DNA of 32,000 nt from Pyrodictium abyssi (GCF_036323395.1 NZ_AP028907.1:2192220-2224219), one strand, 5' to 3'. Shown: positions 8,104 to 17,056, counted from the stretch's first letter. Notes: a model not told the origin generated them from the sequence alone. Made by a program: numbers and translations.

Positions 8104-9087
8104 ATGTACGTGGCGGTATCCAGGGGCTGGTTGTGGCGCTGTATTTATGTCTGGGCTAGTGTTTTGTCGCATTCTTTCCCGCCGGCTCCGCTGACGGGGG
8201 CTGCTGCCTTGGCCTTGGAGGCTGTGTTCTATGTCGCGCGGGTGGTGTTCCGGCCGCTGCGCCGGGTGGCGTTGACGGCGTGGAGCGGGGTGTACGCGGG
8301 CAGGGCTGTCTATGAGAGCCTCAACCGGGCCGGGATAGTGCTCGACCGGGGTGGATTGTTCCGGGTCTCCCCGGTCTACCCCCTGGGGTCCCGTGCCCCG
8401 GTGGGCGGGTTCCTGGCTCCAGGCGAGCGGTACTGGTTCCGGGCCGTGTTCTGGGGCGCTCCCGGCTCCGCTAGCGGGCAGCAGCTGGCTCGGGGCCTTA
8501 TGGCGGGCCTTGGGCTGTGGACCCGGGAGCTTGTGGTGGAGGAGCTGAGCCTGGAGGAGAGGAGGGCCCGTCTGCCGGACCCCGGCGCGGGGGAGGGCGA
8601 GGCGGATGGCGAGCCGGTGGCGGCGCTGGTGCGGGTGCGGCACGGGCCCACATTCTACCGGTTCCACGGCGCTGTGGTCTCGTATCCTAGCCCCTGGAGG
8701 CTCGTGGCGAGCATCGCGCGGCGGCTGAGCCTGGCCACGGGGATCGACTACCGGCCACTGGCGCGCCGGCTGCAGCCGTGCCTAGAGCTGGCTGTGGACC
8801 GGACGAGGCGGGTGAGGATACGGCTCAGCCACGGTGCGGAGCCGCCGGTGTTCACCGGCGAGGCTCTCTACCACGCTGTGTGCCCCAGGGGCCTGGCCTC
8901 GGCGCTCCAGAGGCTCCTCGAGGCCGGCGTCTACACGGGTGCTGGGGCGAGCCCCGGCCTCGGCCTAGGCGAGATACACGCCGTGGACCTGGGGCCTCCG
9001 CGGCACCGGGCCCCGCCGGCCCTCGAGCCCTGGACCGAGGAGCAGGAGGAGCCCAGCGGCGCCGAAAAGGAGGCCCGGCCAGCATAG
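8104..9087 (+). CDS. cas6: Cas6-like RAMP protein (orphan)
   Basis: The C-terminal glycine-rich loop GAGASPGLGLG (8938-8970) fits the Cas6 pattern GhGxxxxxGhG exactly. It is preceded by FTGEALYHAV...LQRLLEAGVYTG and by PSPWRLVASIARRLS, which resembles Cas6 second-RRM features. The ORF opens at 7999 but would then overlap the divergent gene; ATG at 8104 is preferred. Confidence 0.55.
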   Translation: MYVAVSRGWLWRCIYVWASVLSHSFPPAPLTGAAALALEAVFYVARVVFRPLRRVALTAWSGVYAGRAVYESLNRAGIVLDRGGLFRVSPVYPLGSRAPVGGFLAPGERYWFRAVFWGAPGSASGQQLARGLMAGLGLWTRELVVEELSLEERRARLPDPGAGEGEADGEPVAALVRVRHGPTFYRFHGAVVSYPSPWRLVASIARRLSLATGIDYRPLARRLQPCLELAVDRTRRVRIRLSHGAEPPVFTGEALYHAVCPRGLASALQRLLEAGVYTGAGASPGLGLGEIHAVDLGPPRHRAPPALEPWTEEQEEPSGAEKEARPA

Positions 9088-9372
9088 GTATCTGCTTGGC
9101 CGGGGCTTGTTCTGGCGCTTTGGCGCAGGGTCTATCCCAGCCTGGTAGGCTTTGGGGCGCAGGCGTAGCTCCGCGTCCTGGACACCAGGCTCTAGAGCGG
9201 CGCCATGGCCTGGGGCGGTGCTGCTAGGACCAGGGTCTCCGGCCCTCTCTCGGGCAGGCGGGCGAGCCTCAAGGGAGAAGCCGGGGGACACCCATATAGA
9301 GCACCCTGGCGGCACAGCATTTGATGGTACAGCTCCTTCCCGGTCCATCTCAGCTCGTGTAGTAGGGGCGGG

Positions 9373-9648
9373 GTGCTGCTGGTGACTGCTGTTGCCGTGC
9401 TAGACGCTTTGACCAGGGAGGCTAGGCTGTTGAGGGCTAAGCTAAGAGTCTACGATGCTAGGATACGCGAGCTAGAGGAGAAGCACAGAATGAGCTCTGA
9501 CGAGTTCCTCGCCGGGTTCGAGAGAGGAGAGCTGGGGGACGACGAGGACTACTTCCTCTGGTGGAGCTACCTGAGGGCCAGGGCAACGATAGCTGAGAGG
9601 CTAAAGGAGCTTGAGAAGGAGATACGGAAGCTTCAGGGACTACGCTAG
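9373..9648 (+). CDS. small helical protein, putative antitoxin partner of the DUF6516/TumE-like gene
   Basis: 91 aa, coiled-coil-like, with SSDEFLAGFERGELGDDEDYFLWWSYLRA. It overlaps the start of the downstream gene. Confidence 0.5.
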   Translation: MLLVTAVAVLDALTREARLLRAKLRVYDARIRELEEKHRMSSDEFLAGFERGELGDDEDYFLWWSYLRARATIAERLKELEKEIRKLQGLR

Positions 9649-10009
9649 CTGGTTCCACGACGTTATCAGCTCGTTTGGAGAGGCCATTGTAGACTATAGC
9701 ATATCCATCGAGGAGGTTACTCCCTCGGAGGGGCTCATCCGGGGAGTCATAGTGTTCCTCGACGGCTCTAGGCTCCGTTTCCTCGAGTACGTCTCTATCA
9801 CCGGAGGCAACGCGGCCAGGCTCAAGTATAGGTATCACTACGAGGACCCGGATGGCAGGCTGGTCTTCCGCTACGATAATGCGCCGCACCACCCCGAGGT
9901 GGAGACGTTCCCGCACCACAAGCATCTGGGCGACGGCAGGGTAGTCGCATCCATTGCTCCCTCGATAAGGAGCGTCCTGGAGGAGATACTAGACCTCATA
10001 CCGGTCTAG
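9611..10009 (+). CDS. DUF6516 / TumE-like putative toxin
   Basis: 132 aa with LKYRYHYEDPDGRLVFRYDNAPHHPEVETFPHHKH, the hallmark His-rich motif of the family as I recall it. The start is uncertain because of a 38-nt overlap with the upstream gene. Confidence 0.65.
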   Translation: MRRRYGSFRDYASWFHDVISSFGEAIVDYSISIEEVTPSEGLIRGVIVFLDGSRLRFLEYVSITGGNAARLKYRYHYEDPDGRLVFRYDNAPHHPEVETFPHHKHLGDGRVVASIAPSIRSVLEEILDLIPV

Positions 10010-10072
10010 CGCGGCGCTGGAGACACGGCACTGTGTATTGCCATCCGCGTTCTCTACGCCATGGAGCTGGGT

Positions 10073-11530
10073 TTAGTGTTGTGTTTCTTTCCGTAGTGGT
10101 AGTAGTGCTAGGAGGACTGCTGTGGAGACGGCTAGTGTCCAGAAGGGCGCGGGTAGGCCTAGTAGTAGCGGCTTGGCGAGTGCCTTCACCCCGTAGGCTA
10201 TCGCTGCCGCGGTTGCTAGGGCGGCGCCGGAGGCCATCGAGGCGAGTGCTGCCTGCCAGCGGCCCCGTGCTAGCTCGGGCTTCGCCCACGCGAGGATGGT
10301 GGCGGGCGCGGTGGAGAGGAGTATGGCGGAGGACAGCACGGATAGCGCTACTATGAAGCCTATCCTGGCTAGTGCTAGGGCGCTAGCGGCGGCTATGAGC
10401 ACTGCTACCACGGCTGCTCCGAGGAGTATCTCTGCTCGCTCGCTGGGCCTCCGGGCCCTCGGCGCGTAGAGGTCTCTTACGACGCTGCTCGCCACGCTGA
10501 GCGCTATGGAGTCCGCTGTGGAGACGGCTGCCGCTACTATGCTGGTGAACACTATCGCCGAGAGCAGCGGCGGCGCGTGGGCTAGGAGTGTCGGCGTCAC
10601 GGCGTCTCGGCGCTCTATGGGGGCTAGTAGGCCGGCTTCGCTGAGGCTCCGGGCAAGCAGCCCCGTGAGGGTGACTGCTACTGTGTACGCGAGCCCGAAC
10701 ACGGCGAACCAGACCACCATGCCCCTGAGCGCCTTTGGGCTCCTGGGCATGAAGAGCCGCTGGACCGCCTGGGGGTTCGTGGCGGCGAAGAACATCCATG
10801 GTAGCGTGAAGCCCAGGAATACGCTGGGCTGCCAGAACTCGGTTAGGCCTAGCAGCCCCTTCTCGCCCAGCAGCCTGGTGGCGCCGTCGAAGCCGATGCT
10901 GCCGGCTACCCAGCCTGCTAGCCACGCTAGGAGGAGGGACGCCGAGGCTATCATCCATAGGCCCTGGAGGGCGTCGGTGACGGCTACGCTCCATACACCG
11001 GCTACGAGCGTCCAGGCGATCATCACCGCCGCGCCGAGGGCCACGCCGTAGAGGTAGGCGGCGTCGCTGCCCGCTAGGCCCGCCACGGCCTCGGCTATGC
11101 CCTTGACCTGGGCGCTCATGTAGGGCACGAGGGCGTAGAGGTACACCACCGCTACGGCGGCTGCTAGCTTCTTGGAGCCGTAGAGGTCGCCGAGCATCTC
11201 GGCCGGGCTTATCCACCGCCTCTCCCGGGCCAGGGCCCATACCCTTGGGGCGAAGAGGGAGAGGAGGAGCATCGTGCCCACGAAGTAGACGAGCTCGAAG
11301 CCCAGCGCCCCGGTGCCGGTCGAGTATGCGAACCCTACGAGCCCGACTATCATGAAGGCGCTGTACGTGGTAGCCGCGTAAGTCATCGCTGCCAGGAAGG
11401 TGCCTAGCCGGTAGCCCGCGACGTAGTAGTCCTGGCTACTCCTGACACCGGCCCGCCGCGCAGCCACGGCTAGCAGTGTGCCGACCAGCATGTAGAGCGC
11501 GAGCACGGCTAGGCCAAGGGACACCGCCAT
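10073..11530 (-). CDS. sodium:solute symporter family (SSF) transporter
   Basis: Multi-TM protein. The N-terminus MAVSLGLAVLALYMLVGTLLAVAARRAGVRSSQDYYVAGYRLG is typical of SSF. The listed ORF extends to 11872, but its first 114 codons are Arg/Gly-rich junk that overlaps the small upstream gene. ATG at 11530 is used here. Confidence 0.85.
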   Translation of the reverse strand: MAVSLGLAVLALYMLVGTLLAVAARRAGVRSSQDYYVAGYRLGTFLAAMTYAATTYSAFMIVGLVGFAYSTGTGALGFELVYFVGTMLLLSLFAPRVWALARERRWISPAEMLGDLYGSKKLAAAVAVVYLYALVPYMSAQVKGIAEAVAGLAGSDAAYLYGVALGAAVMIAWTLVAGVWSVAVTDALQGLWMIASASLLLAWLAGWVAGSIGFDGATRLLGEKGLLGLTEFWQPSVFLGFTLPWMFFAATNPQAVQRLFMPRSPKALRGMVVWFAVFGLAYTVAVTLTGLLARSLSEAGLLAPIERRDAVTPTLLAHAPPLLSAIVFTSIVAAAVSTADSIALSVASSVVRDLYAPRARRPSERAEILLGAAVVAVLIAAASALALARIGFIVALSVLSSAILLSTAPATILAWAKPELARGRWQAALASMASGAALATAAAIAYGVKALAKPLLLGLPAPFWTLAVSTAVLLALLPLRKETQH

Positions 11531-11562
11531 CCCGTCGGCCACCCCTCCCCTGCTCCCGGGGG

Positions 11563-11772
11563 CTACTGCGCGGGGGCCTCCCCCGCGGTGCGTGCTGCTA
11601 GCCTGGCAAGGGCGTAGGCCGAGTAGGCCGCCGCCACTGCTACCCAGTAGACGTAGAGGCTCCAGTCGCGCGCATCCCCTAGCACCGTGTAGGGCACCAG
11701 GTACATCGCTGCGAGGGCTGCTAGGCCAGCGGCGGCGTCGAGTAGCCAGCCCCCGGGCATGTCCCCATCCAC
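11563..11772 (-). CDS. small two-TM membrane protein, DUF3311-like accessory subunit of the SSF transporter
   Basis: 69 aa, hydrophobic, immediately upstream of the symporter on the same strand. This position is typical of DUF3311-type small subunits. Confidence 0.5.
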   Translation of the reverse strand: MDGDMPGGWLLDAAAGLAALAAMYLVPYTVLGDARDWSLYVYWVAVAAAYSAYALARLAARTAGEAPAQ

Positions 11773-11920
11773 CGCGAACAGTTGTTCGGTAAACTAAACC
11801 CCTAAAAACTCGCCGGCGCCACCATCCACGAGGGCCCCAGGCAGGGGGAACCCTTAAGACCAAGGATGCCACCTCTACCTAGTGCCCTCGGTGCACAGCC
11901 ACAAGCGCTAGGCTAGAACC

Positions 11921-12949
11921 ATGGGGGCCGGTAGTAGGGGCTCGCTGAGGCATAGGCTGCTAGGACTAGTCGCAGCCGAGCCCGGGCTCAGCGTATCGGA
12001 GATAGCCGCCAGGCTAGGCGCGTCCAAGAGCACGGTATCGGTGCTCGTCCGGAGGCTCGAGGCCGAGGGGCTCCTACGCCGGGTCCGCCGGGGCTCCATG
12101 GTCCTCGTCTACCCCGCCCAGGGGGCAGCCGGCGGCAGCAGCCCAGCCGGGGCGGAGGCTCGGCGGCTCCGGCTCGGCATAGTGAGGGCGGCCGAGTACC
12201 CCTTCATAGCCCACCTCGCCAAGGCGCTTAGGCACCGCGGCGTAGAGCTAGAGGTAGTGGTCTACGACAACGGGCTAGACGCGTCCTTCGACCTGGTATC
12301 GGGCAGGCTAGACCTGGCGCTCGCGCCGCTGCCAACCCAGGTCCTCTTCTACGCGCTCACGGGGCGGCTCCGCATAATAGGCGGCGGCGCCTACGGCGGA
12401 GCCTACGTCCTCGAGTCCCGGGCCGCCAGGGGCCACACCGCCTACACGACGCGCGCGTCCACGATGGAGCTCTGCCTCAACACCAGCGGCGTAGTGGACT
12501 ACGCCGAGGCCGTGGTCTACGCCGGGGCCGGGCACGGTATAGAGGAGGCCCTGGCCAGGGGCCGGGCACGGTACGCTGCGCTCTGGGAGCCCTACGCCAG
12601 CCAGGCCCTCTCCAGGGGAGACGTCAGAGTAGTCGCGGCCTGCAGCGACCTAGGTGTGGAGAACTGCTGCACACTAGCAGCCAACCCCGACAGGCTAGGC
12701 CCGGAGCAGCGGAGCCTCATAGCCAGGCTGTACAGCGAAGCGCTCGCCGAGTACCAGCGGAGGCCAGACGCCATGCTAGAGTGGTACTCGGGCCTCACCG
12801 GTATACCCGTGGACACGCTACGCCGGGTACAGGCGAGCTACAGGATAGCCCACGAGGTGAACCCGGCCACGGCCGAGAGGATCCTGGAGCGCGCGGGCAT
12901 GAGGATGCCACGGCCAGCCCTCGTCAGGGAAGCAGTAGAGCAGCCATAA
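11921..12949 (+). CDS. transcriptional regulator: N-terminal MarR-like winged helix plus a periplasmic-binding-protein-like (NMT1/SsuA-type) sensor domain
   Basis: wHTH segment LSVSEIAARLGASKSTVSVLVRRLEAEGLLRRV, followed by LRLGIVRAAEYPFIAHLAKALRHRGVELEVVVYDNGLDASFDLVSGRLDLAL. Divergent from the symporter operon. Confidence 0.65.
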   Translation: MGAGSRGSLRHRLLGLVAAEPGLSVSEIAARLGASKSTVSVLVRRLEAEGLLRRVRRGSMVLVYPAQGAAGGSSPAGAEARRLRLGIVRAAEYPFIAHLAKALRHRGVELEVVVYDNGLDASFDLVSGRLDLALAPLPTQVLFYALTGRLRIIGGGAYGGAYVLESRAARGHTAYTTRASTMELCLNTSGVVDYAEAVVYAGAGHGIEEALARGRARYAALWEPYASQALSRGDVRVVAACSDLGVENCCTLAANPDRLGPEQRSLIARLYSEALAEYQRRPDAMLEWYSGLTGIPVDTLRRVQASYRIAHEVNPATAERILERAGMRMPRPALVREAVEQP

Positions 12950-13127
12950 CAGCCCCCGGGCGCGTGATGCCAGGCACGGTGCTCCACCGGGCTATCCCCG
13001 TAGGAACGTGTTGGTGCTACACCCCAGGCCCTGGGTGGTTACAGTTAACAGTAAGCGGTACCCAGTATACCGTGGAAGCAGTGAATACCACGTCTTAGAG
13101 TAGCGAGGGCCACACCAGGGTCCAGCA

Positions 13128-13352
13128 TTGGCGAGAGTAGGTGCTGCCACGAAGCGGGCTACTATCCTACACCGTGTAGAGGCTGAGATAAAAGAAATTC
13201 TAAGACGCTACAATGTGGAGAGTCTCGAGGAACTCGACAAGATGATAGCTCTCGGCGAGATAGACGAGACAGACGCGCTCGACGACCTTATACGGCTCGA
13301 CCATCTGCTATGGCTTCGAGACCAGCTTCGGGGCAAGAGAAGCCGTTCCTAG
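13128..13352 (+). CDS. small helical protein (antitoxin-like, orphan)
   Basis: 74 aa, TTG start. ESLEELDKMIALGEIDETDALDDLIRLDHLLWLRDQL has the same overall design as 9373..9648. It is convergent with a decayed TumE-like gene. Confidence 0.4.
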   Translation: MARVGAATKRATILHRVEAEIKEILRRYNVESLEELDKMIALGEIDETDALDDLIRLDHLLWLRDQLRGKRSRS

Positions 13353-13381
13353 CCGGTCCAAGACTGCCAGGGGCCCGGGGA

Positions 13382-13862
13382 TTAGAGGGCACAGTCCCAG
13401 CCATCCCGGGGAGGGCTTCCTGTGAGCTTTCTGCGCACAAAGGCGAAGACCGTGTCGAGTAGCTCCAGGAGAGCATCGATCCGGTATCCACCTACGCCTT
13501 CGGGAGGAGTAAAGTCACATACATCATGGTCTCTACAGTGATGGAAATGATGCGGAAACGTGGAGACACGCTGCCGATGAGCTTCATGCGGGCTATTATC
13601 CCATCGATAGATACACCCATCGACGCCTCGACGGTCCAGTGTATCGCGTACCTTCCCTTCATCCTCTTGGAGAGCCAGACGTACATTGTACTTCCATCAC
13701 GTAGCCTTATCTCTAGCCTCTCTGGCAGCGTTGTCTGACAGACTCCACCACATCGCCATAGCGTTCCCCGACTAGTCTTTCTAGCTTTACAAGCGCCTCT
13801 ATTGCCGCGTATCCTGTATCGCTGCCCTCTGTGCCCGGGTTGTTAGACACTTCCTCCCCCAT
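13382..13862 (-). pseudogene. DUF6516/TumE-like gene, disrupted (absent from the ORF track)
   Basis: The minus frame 13696..13385 is open for 104 codons with no start codon. It reads WKYNVRLALQEDEGKVRDTLDRRGVDGCIYRWDNSPHEAHRQRVSTFPHHFHHCRDH...RIDALLELLDTVFAFVRRKL*, with YRWDNSPH at 13609-13586. This parallels RYDNAPHH...FPHHKH of 9611..10009. It is preceded by an in-frame TGA (13697-13699). A likely N-terminal piece (MGEEVSNNPGTEGSDTGYAAIEALVKLERLVGERYGDVVESV, ATG at 13862) lies in another frame. Confidence 0.55.
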
Positions 13863-14099
13863 ACTCTGCGTTATTATCTAGCCGGTTTCGGCATAGCCTA
13901 TATAAGGCGTAGGACCTCTTGAGATTTGTAGCTGGAATTGGAGGTTTTCCTTACGCTCGGCTCCATGATTTGCCATATACACGGTACTACTGGGGCTTGA
14001 GCCGTCGATAACCCTGTTATCGTAGTATTGAAAAGGGGACCTCTGGTGGGCCTGGTCCCCAGGGGTAGCAGGCTCTTTCACGGGGGTGTATGATAGGCC

Positions 14100-15434
14100 T
14101 TGGCGTCTCGTAGCCTATACTTCCTAGTAGGCGTCGCAGTCATAGCGGTGCTCGTCGCCGCCTCCTACATGGCTGTACAGGATAGGAGCGGGGCAAAGCC
14201 AGCAGAGGGACCAGCACCTGCAGCAGCCCCGGCAGCCACGGCTACAACCATGGAGCATGGAGAACACATGGAGGAGAGCACCGAGCACACCGGCGCGGCA
14301 GCGCATACCGCTACGGCCACCGAGACCCGGCATGAATCCGGGCACATGGCCACAGAGGCCGAGACAGAGGCGGAGAAGGAGACCACGACAGCCACCGCCC
14401 AGGCGGGCGGCGGGAAGAAGCTAGTGGTCTACGTCTACGAGGACTTCATGGCGTGGGGCGAGGACCCCGAGCTATTCGACAAGCTCGTGGAGAACTTCAC
14501 CAGGGAGACCGGGATAGTGGTAGAGCTGCGCCGGTTCGACGGAGCCCGCAACATGGTGACCCAGGTTATAGCCGAGAGCCGCGCCGGGATGGAGACAGCC
14601 GACGTAGTGGTAGGCGTGGACCCGGTGCTCCTCGTTGAGCTGAAGAGCCACGGCCTAGTGGAGTGCTACGCCTCGCCGCTCGCCGCCCGGGAGCTCGTGG
14701 AGGCCCTCGACCCCGAGGGCTGCGCCACCCCCGTGGACTACGGGCTGATAGCGCTGGTCTACGACCCGGGCCGGCTGAACGAGACCGAGAAGGCCATGTT
14801 GAGCGACGGCGTCACACTGGACGAGCTTGTCGCGCTAGCGCCGCGGATAGTGGCCGAGGACCCGACGCAGAGCAGCACGGGGCTCAACTTCCTCCTCTAC
14901 ACGATAGCTGTCTCCGAGCTGGAGGACCGGGACTGGCGGGACCTATGGCGGGCCATGAGGGATAACGGCCTCATGGTGGCGCCGAGCTGGGGCGACGCCT
15001 ACGACGAGTTCTTCCGAGAGGGCAGCCCCAGGGCCATAGTGGTCAGCTACGGCACTGACCCCGCCTATAGCGCCTGGTACAACGCCCGAGAGGGCGGAGA
15101 GGAGAAGCCCAGCGTGGCCGCGACAGTGCTCACAGCCGGCGGCGAGAAGATAGGCTGGCTACAGGTGGAAGGCGCGGCTATAATCAAGGGCGCCCCCATG
15201 GAGGAGGCCCGGAGGTTCATCGACTGGCTGCTGAGCCGCGAAGTCCAGGAGGAGATACCGACCAGCCAGTGGATGCTCCCAGCCAGCAGCGACGCAGGGC
15301 TGCCGAGCTTCTACCGCTACGCCCTAAGCGTGGACAGCGTTGATAAGCTCGGGAACACGCTGCTCCCTGGCAGCAGGGTCGCAGGGGAGCTGGAGAAGTG
15401 GCTCCGCGACTGGCTAGGCGTCATGACCGGCTGA
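14100..15434 (+). CDS. ABC transporter substrate-binding protein, thiamine/Fe3+ (TbpA/AfuA) type, membrane-anchored with a His/Thr/Glu-rich linker
   Basis: TTG start and an N-terminal TM anchor. The linker is TMEHGEHMEESTEHTGAAAHTATATETRHESGHMATEAETEAEKETTT. It is followed by KKLVVYVYEDFMAWGEDPELFDKLVENFTRETGIVVELRRFDGARNMV...ADVVVGVDP...DYGLIALVYDP, typical of cluster-D SBPs. Confidence 0.75.
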   Translation: MASRSLYFLVGVAVIAVLVAASYMAVQDRSGAKPAEGPAPAAAPAATATTMEHGEHMEESTEHTGAAAHTATATETRHESGHMATEAETEAEKETTTATAQAGGGKKLVVYVYEDFMAWGEDPELFDKLVENFTRETGIVVELRRFDGARNMVTQVIAESRAGMETADVVVGVDPVLLVELKSHGLVECYASPLAARELVEALDPEGCATPVDYGLIALVYDPGRLNETEKAMLSDGVTLDELVALAPRIVAEDPTQSSTGLNFLLYTIAVSELEDRDWRDLWRAMRDNGLMVAPSWGDAYDEFFREGSPRAIVVSYGTDPAYSAWYNAREGGEEKPSVAATVLTAGGEKIGWLQVEGAAIIKGAPMEEARRFIDWLLSREVQEEIPTSQWMLPASSDAGLPSFYRYALSVDSVDKLGNTLLPGSRVAGELEKWLRDWLGVMTG

Positions 15435-16993
15435 GGCTCCTAGGCGGCCTAGGCCGCGCACTGGAGGCGGCAGCGTGGCTCGTAGCGCTGCTCTACGCGC
15501 TCCCCCTCGCCCTCTCCCTGGCTCTTTTCTGGCCCCCCGGCGGGGCCCCGCCCTTCAGCCTCCCACGGGTCCTAGCCTGGACGGCCGGCCAGGCAGCCGC
15601 GAGCGCGGCCATCGCCGTGGCCCTGGGCTGGCCCCTGGGCGTGCTCGCCGGGTTCTACAGGCTCCCCACAGCCCGCGCCGCCGTGGCGGCGAGCCTAGCG
15701 CCCTTCATGTCCCCGGTAGCCGCCGTGGCCGTGGGGCTCCGCGCGGTCTACGGCGAGGGGGGCGTGCTCTCCGAGGCCCTGCCGGGGCTCCGCGTGCTCG
15801 CCGAGGGCTGGACAGGGGTGCTGGCGCTGCACAGCTACTTCAACATAGGCCTGGCGGCGGCGATGACCGCCGCGGCCGCCGGCTCTACCGAGGCGAGCGT
15901 GGTCGAGCACGCAAGGCTCCTAGGGCTGCGGGGGCCCCGTCTATGGCTCCGGGTACTCCTGCCCCTCACCCGGCGCGCCGCGGTCTACGCCTGGGGCGTA
16001 GCCTTCCTCTACTCCTTCACGAGCGCCGCGCCGCTCCTCGTCAAGGGCGCCGCCTACCGCTACTACACGCTCGAGGCCTGGCTCTACACCCTGTACCGCG
16101 GGTTCCCGGGGCTCGTCGGGCTCGTCCCCCTGCTGGCCCTCGCCGAGCTGGCCCTGGCCGCGCTGGCGGCGTGGCTGCTGCTACGGGTCTCCCGTGGCCT
16201 CGTCTCGTCGCCGCTAGCCGCCCGGGGCGAGGCGGCGCTAGAGCTGCGCGGCGCCCGGAGACTCCTAGCCCTCGCCTATGTAGCTGTGCTGCTGGGCTAC
16301 CTCTACGCGCCCATCGCGGGCCTAGCGCTCCAGGCGCTGGACGCGGACCCCGGGAGGCTCCTAGCCTACGCGGAGAGGGGCCCCGGGCTCGCCGGAGCCG
16401 TGGCTAACAGCCTCCTCTACGCAGCCGCCTCCACAGCGCTAGCCCTAGCCCTAGGGCTCACAGCCGCCGAGGGAGGCCTAGCCGTGGCCACGCTCTCGCT
16501 CATCGCCGTAGCTCCAGTAGCCTACGGCGTCGCCGCCAGCCTCGCCTACTACCGGCCCCTAGCAGGCCTCCTCGGCGGCGTCGCCGCCTCCAGGCTACTC
16601 ATACTCCTAGCCCATACAGCCGCCGGGCTTCCCCTAGCCAGCCGGGTCATGGCCGAGGCTTGGGCCCGGCTCCAGCGCGAGGTCGGCGACACCATGCTCC
16701 TCCTCGGGCTCCGCGGAGCCCGGCTCCTCCGCCACCTATTAGCGGCGACCGCGCCCCACACGGTCCTCGCCGCCGGGCTAGCCACGGCAGCAAGCCTAGG
16801 AGAATTCGGCGCAAGCATAGTCGTCTCGATCCCCGACACCTGGAGCCTAACAGTCCTAGTCTACAACATGCTCGGCAGCGGCCGCCTCTTCCACGAAGCC
16901 TGCCTAGCAGCCCTCATCCTAGAAGCAATGAGCCTAGCAGCCATAGGCCTAGCCGCAACAACTGCCAAACACCTAACAAAAACCAGAACATAG
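15398..16993 (+). CDS. ABC transporter permease, fused two-domain (ThiP/FbpB-like)
   Basis: 531 aa, about 12 predicted TM segments, with an internal duplication typical of thiamine/iron(III) permeases. GTG start overlaps the SBP gene. Confidence 0.8.
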   Translation: MAPRLARRHDRLRLLGGLGRALEAAAWLVALLYALPLALSLALFWPPGGAPPFSLPRVLAWTAGQAAASAAIAVALGWPLGVLAGFYRLPTARAAVAASLAPFMSPVAAVAVGLRAVYGEGGVLSEALPGLRVLAEGWTGVLALHSYFNIGLAAAMTAAAAGSTEASVVEHARLLGLRGPRLWLRVLLPLTRRAAVYAWGVAFLYSFTSAAPLLVKGAAYRYYTLEAWLYTLYRGFPGLVGLVPLLALAELALAALAAWLLLRVSRGLVSSPLAARGEAALELRGARRLLALAYVAVLLGYLYAPIAGLALQALDADPGRLLAYAERGPGLAGAVANSLLYAAASTALALALGLTAAEGGLAVATLSLIAVAPVAYGVAASLAYYRPLAGLLGGVAASRLLILLAHTAAGLPLASRVMAEAWARLQREVGDTMLLLGLRGARLLRHLLAATAPHTVLAAGLATAASLGEFGASIVVSIPDTWSLTVLVYNMLGSGRLFHEACLAALILEAMSLAAIGLAATTAKHLTKTRT

Positions 16994-17020
16994 CCATGAT
17001 AGGGCGTTGACTCTTCGGAG

Positions 17021-17056
17021 CCGGAGGTCCCCCGGGTTTAAATCCCGGCGGGCCCG
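17021..17056 (+). repeat. tRNA 3'-half-like fragment (T-arm plus acceptor 3' strand); possible att remnant
   Basis: ccggg(17032-36) tttaaat cccgg(17044-48) forms a perfect T-arm, followed by cgggccc and g (acceptor 3' strand and discriminator). No matching 5' acceptor strand or D-arm lies upstream. The T-loop reads TTT rather than TTC. Confidence 0.5.

Noticed and set aside
10383-11240. Long alternate-frame and antisense ORFs inside GC-rich genes, for example 10383..11240(-), 10506..11051(+), 15475..16407(+), 8095..8667(-), 4680..5114(-), 27325..27771(-), 5464..5769(-), 2246..2581(+).
   Set aside because: Their translations are dominated by Arg, Pro, Gly and Ala with no motifs. They overlap frames that have clear family signatures. 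This is typical of spurious ORFs in high-GC DNA.
10073-11872. The 599-aa version of the symporter ORF.
   Set aside because: The first 114 codons are Arg/Gly-rich and overlap the separate small membrane-protein gene. ATG at 11530 gives a canonical SSF N-terminus.
13900-14099. A possible TPP riboswitch in the long leader upstream of the thiamine-type binding protein. Features seen are a TATA-like cctatataagg at about 13907, ctggggcttgagcc...aaccctg, and a 7-bp hairpin ggggacc...ggtcccc at about 14034-14062.
   Set aside because: The conserved CUGAGA and ACCUGAUCUGGAUAAUGCC elements are absent. TPP riboswitches are not established in this archaeal lineage. It is kept only as an unexplained structured leader.
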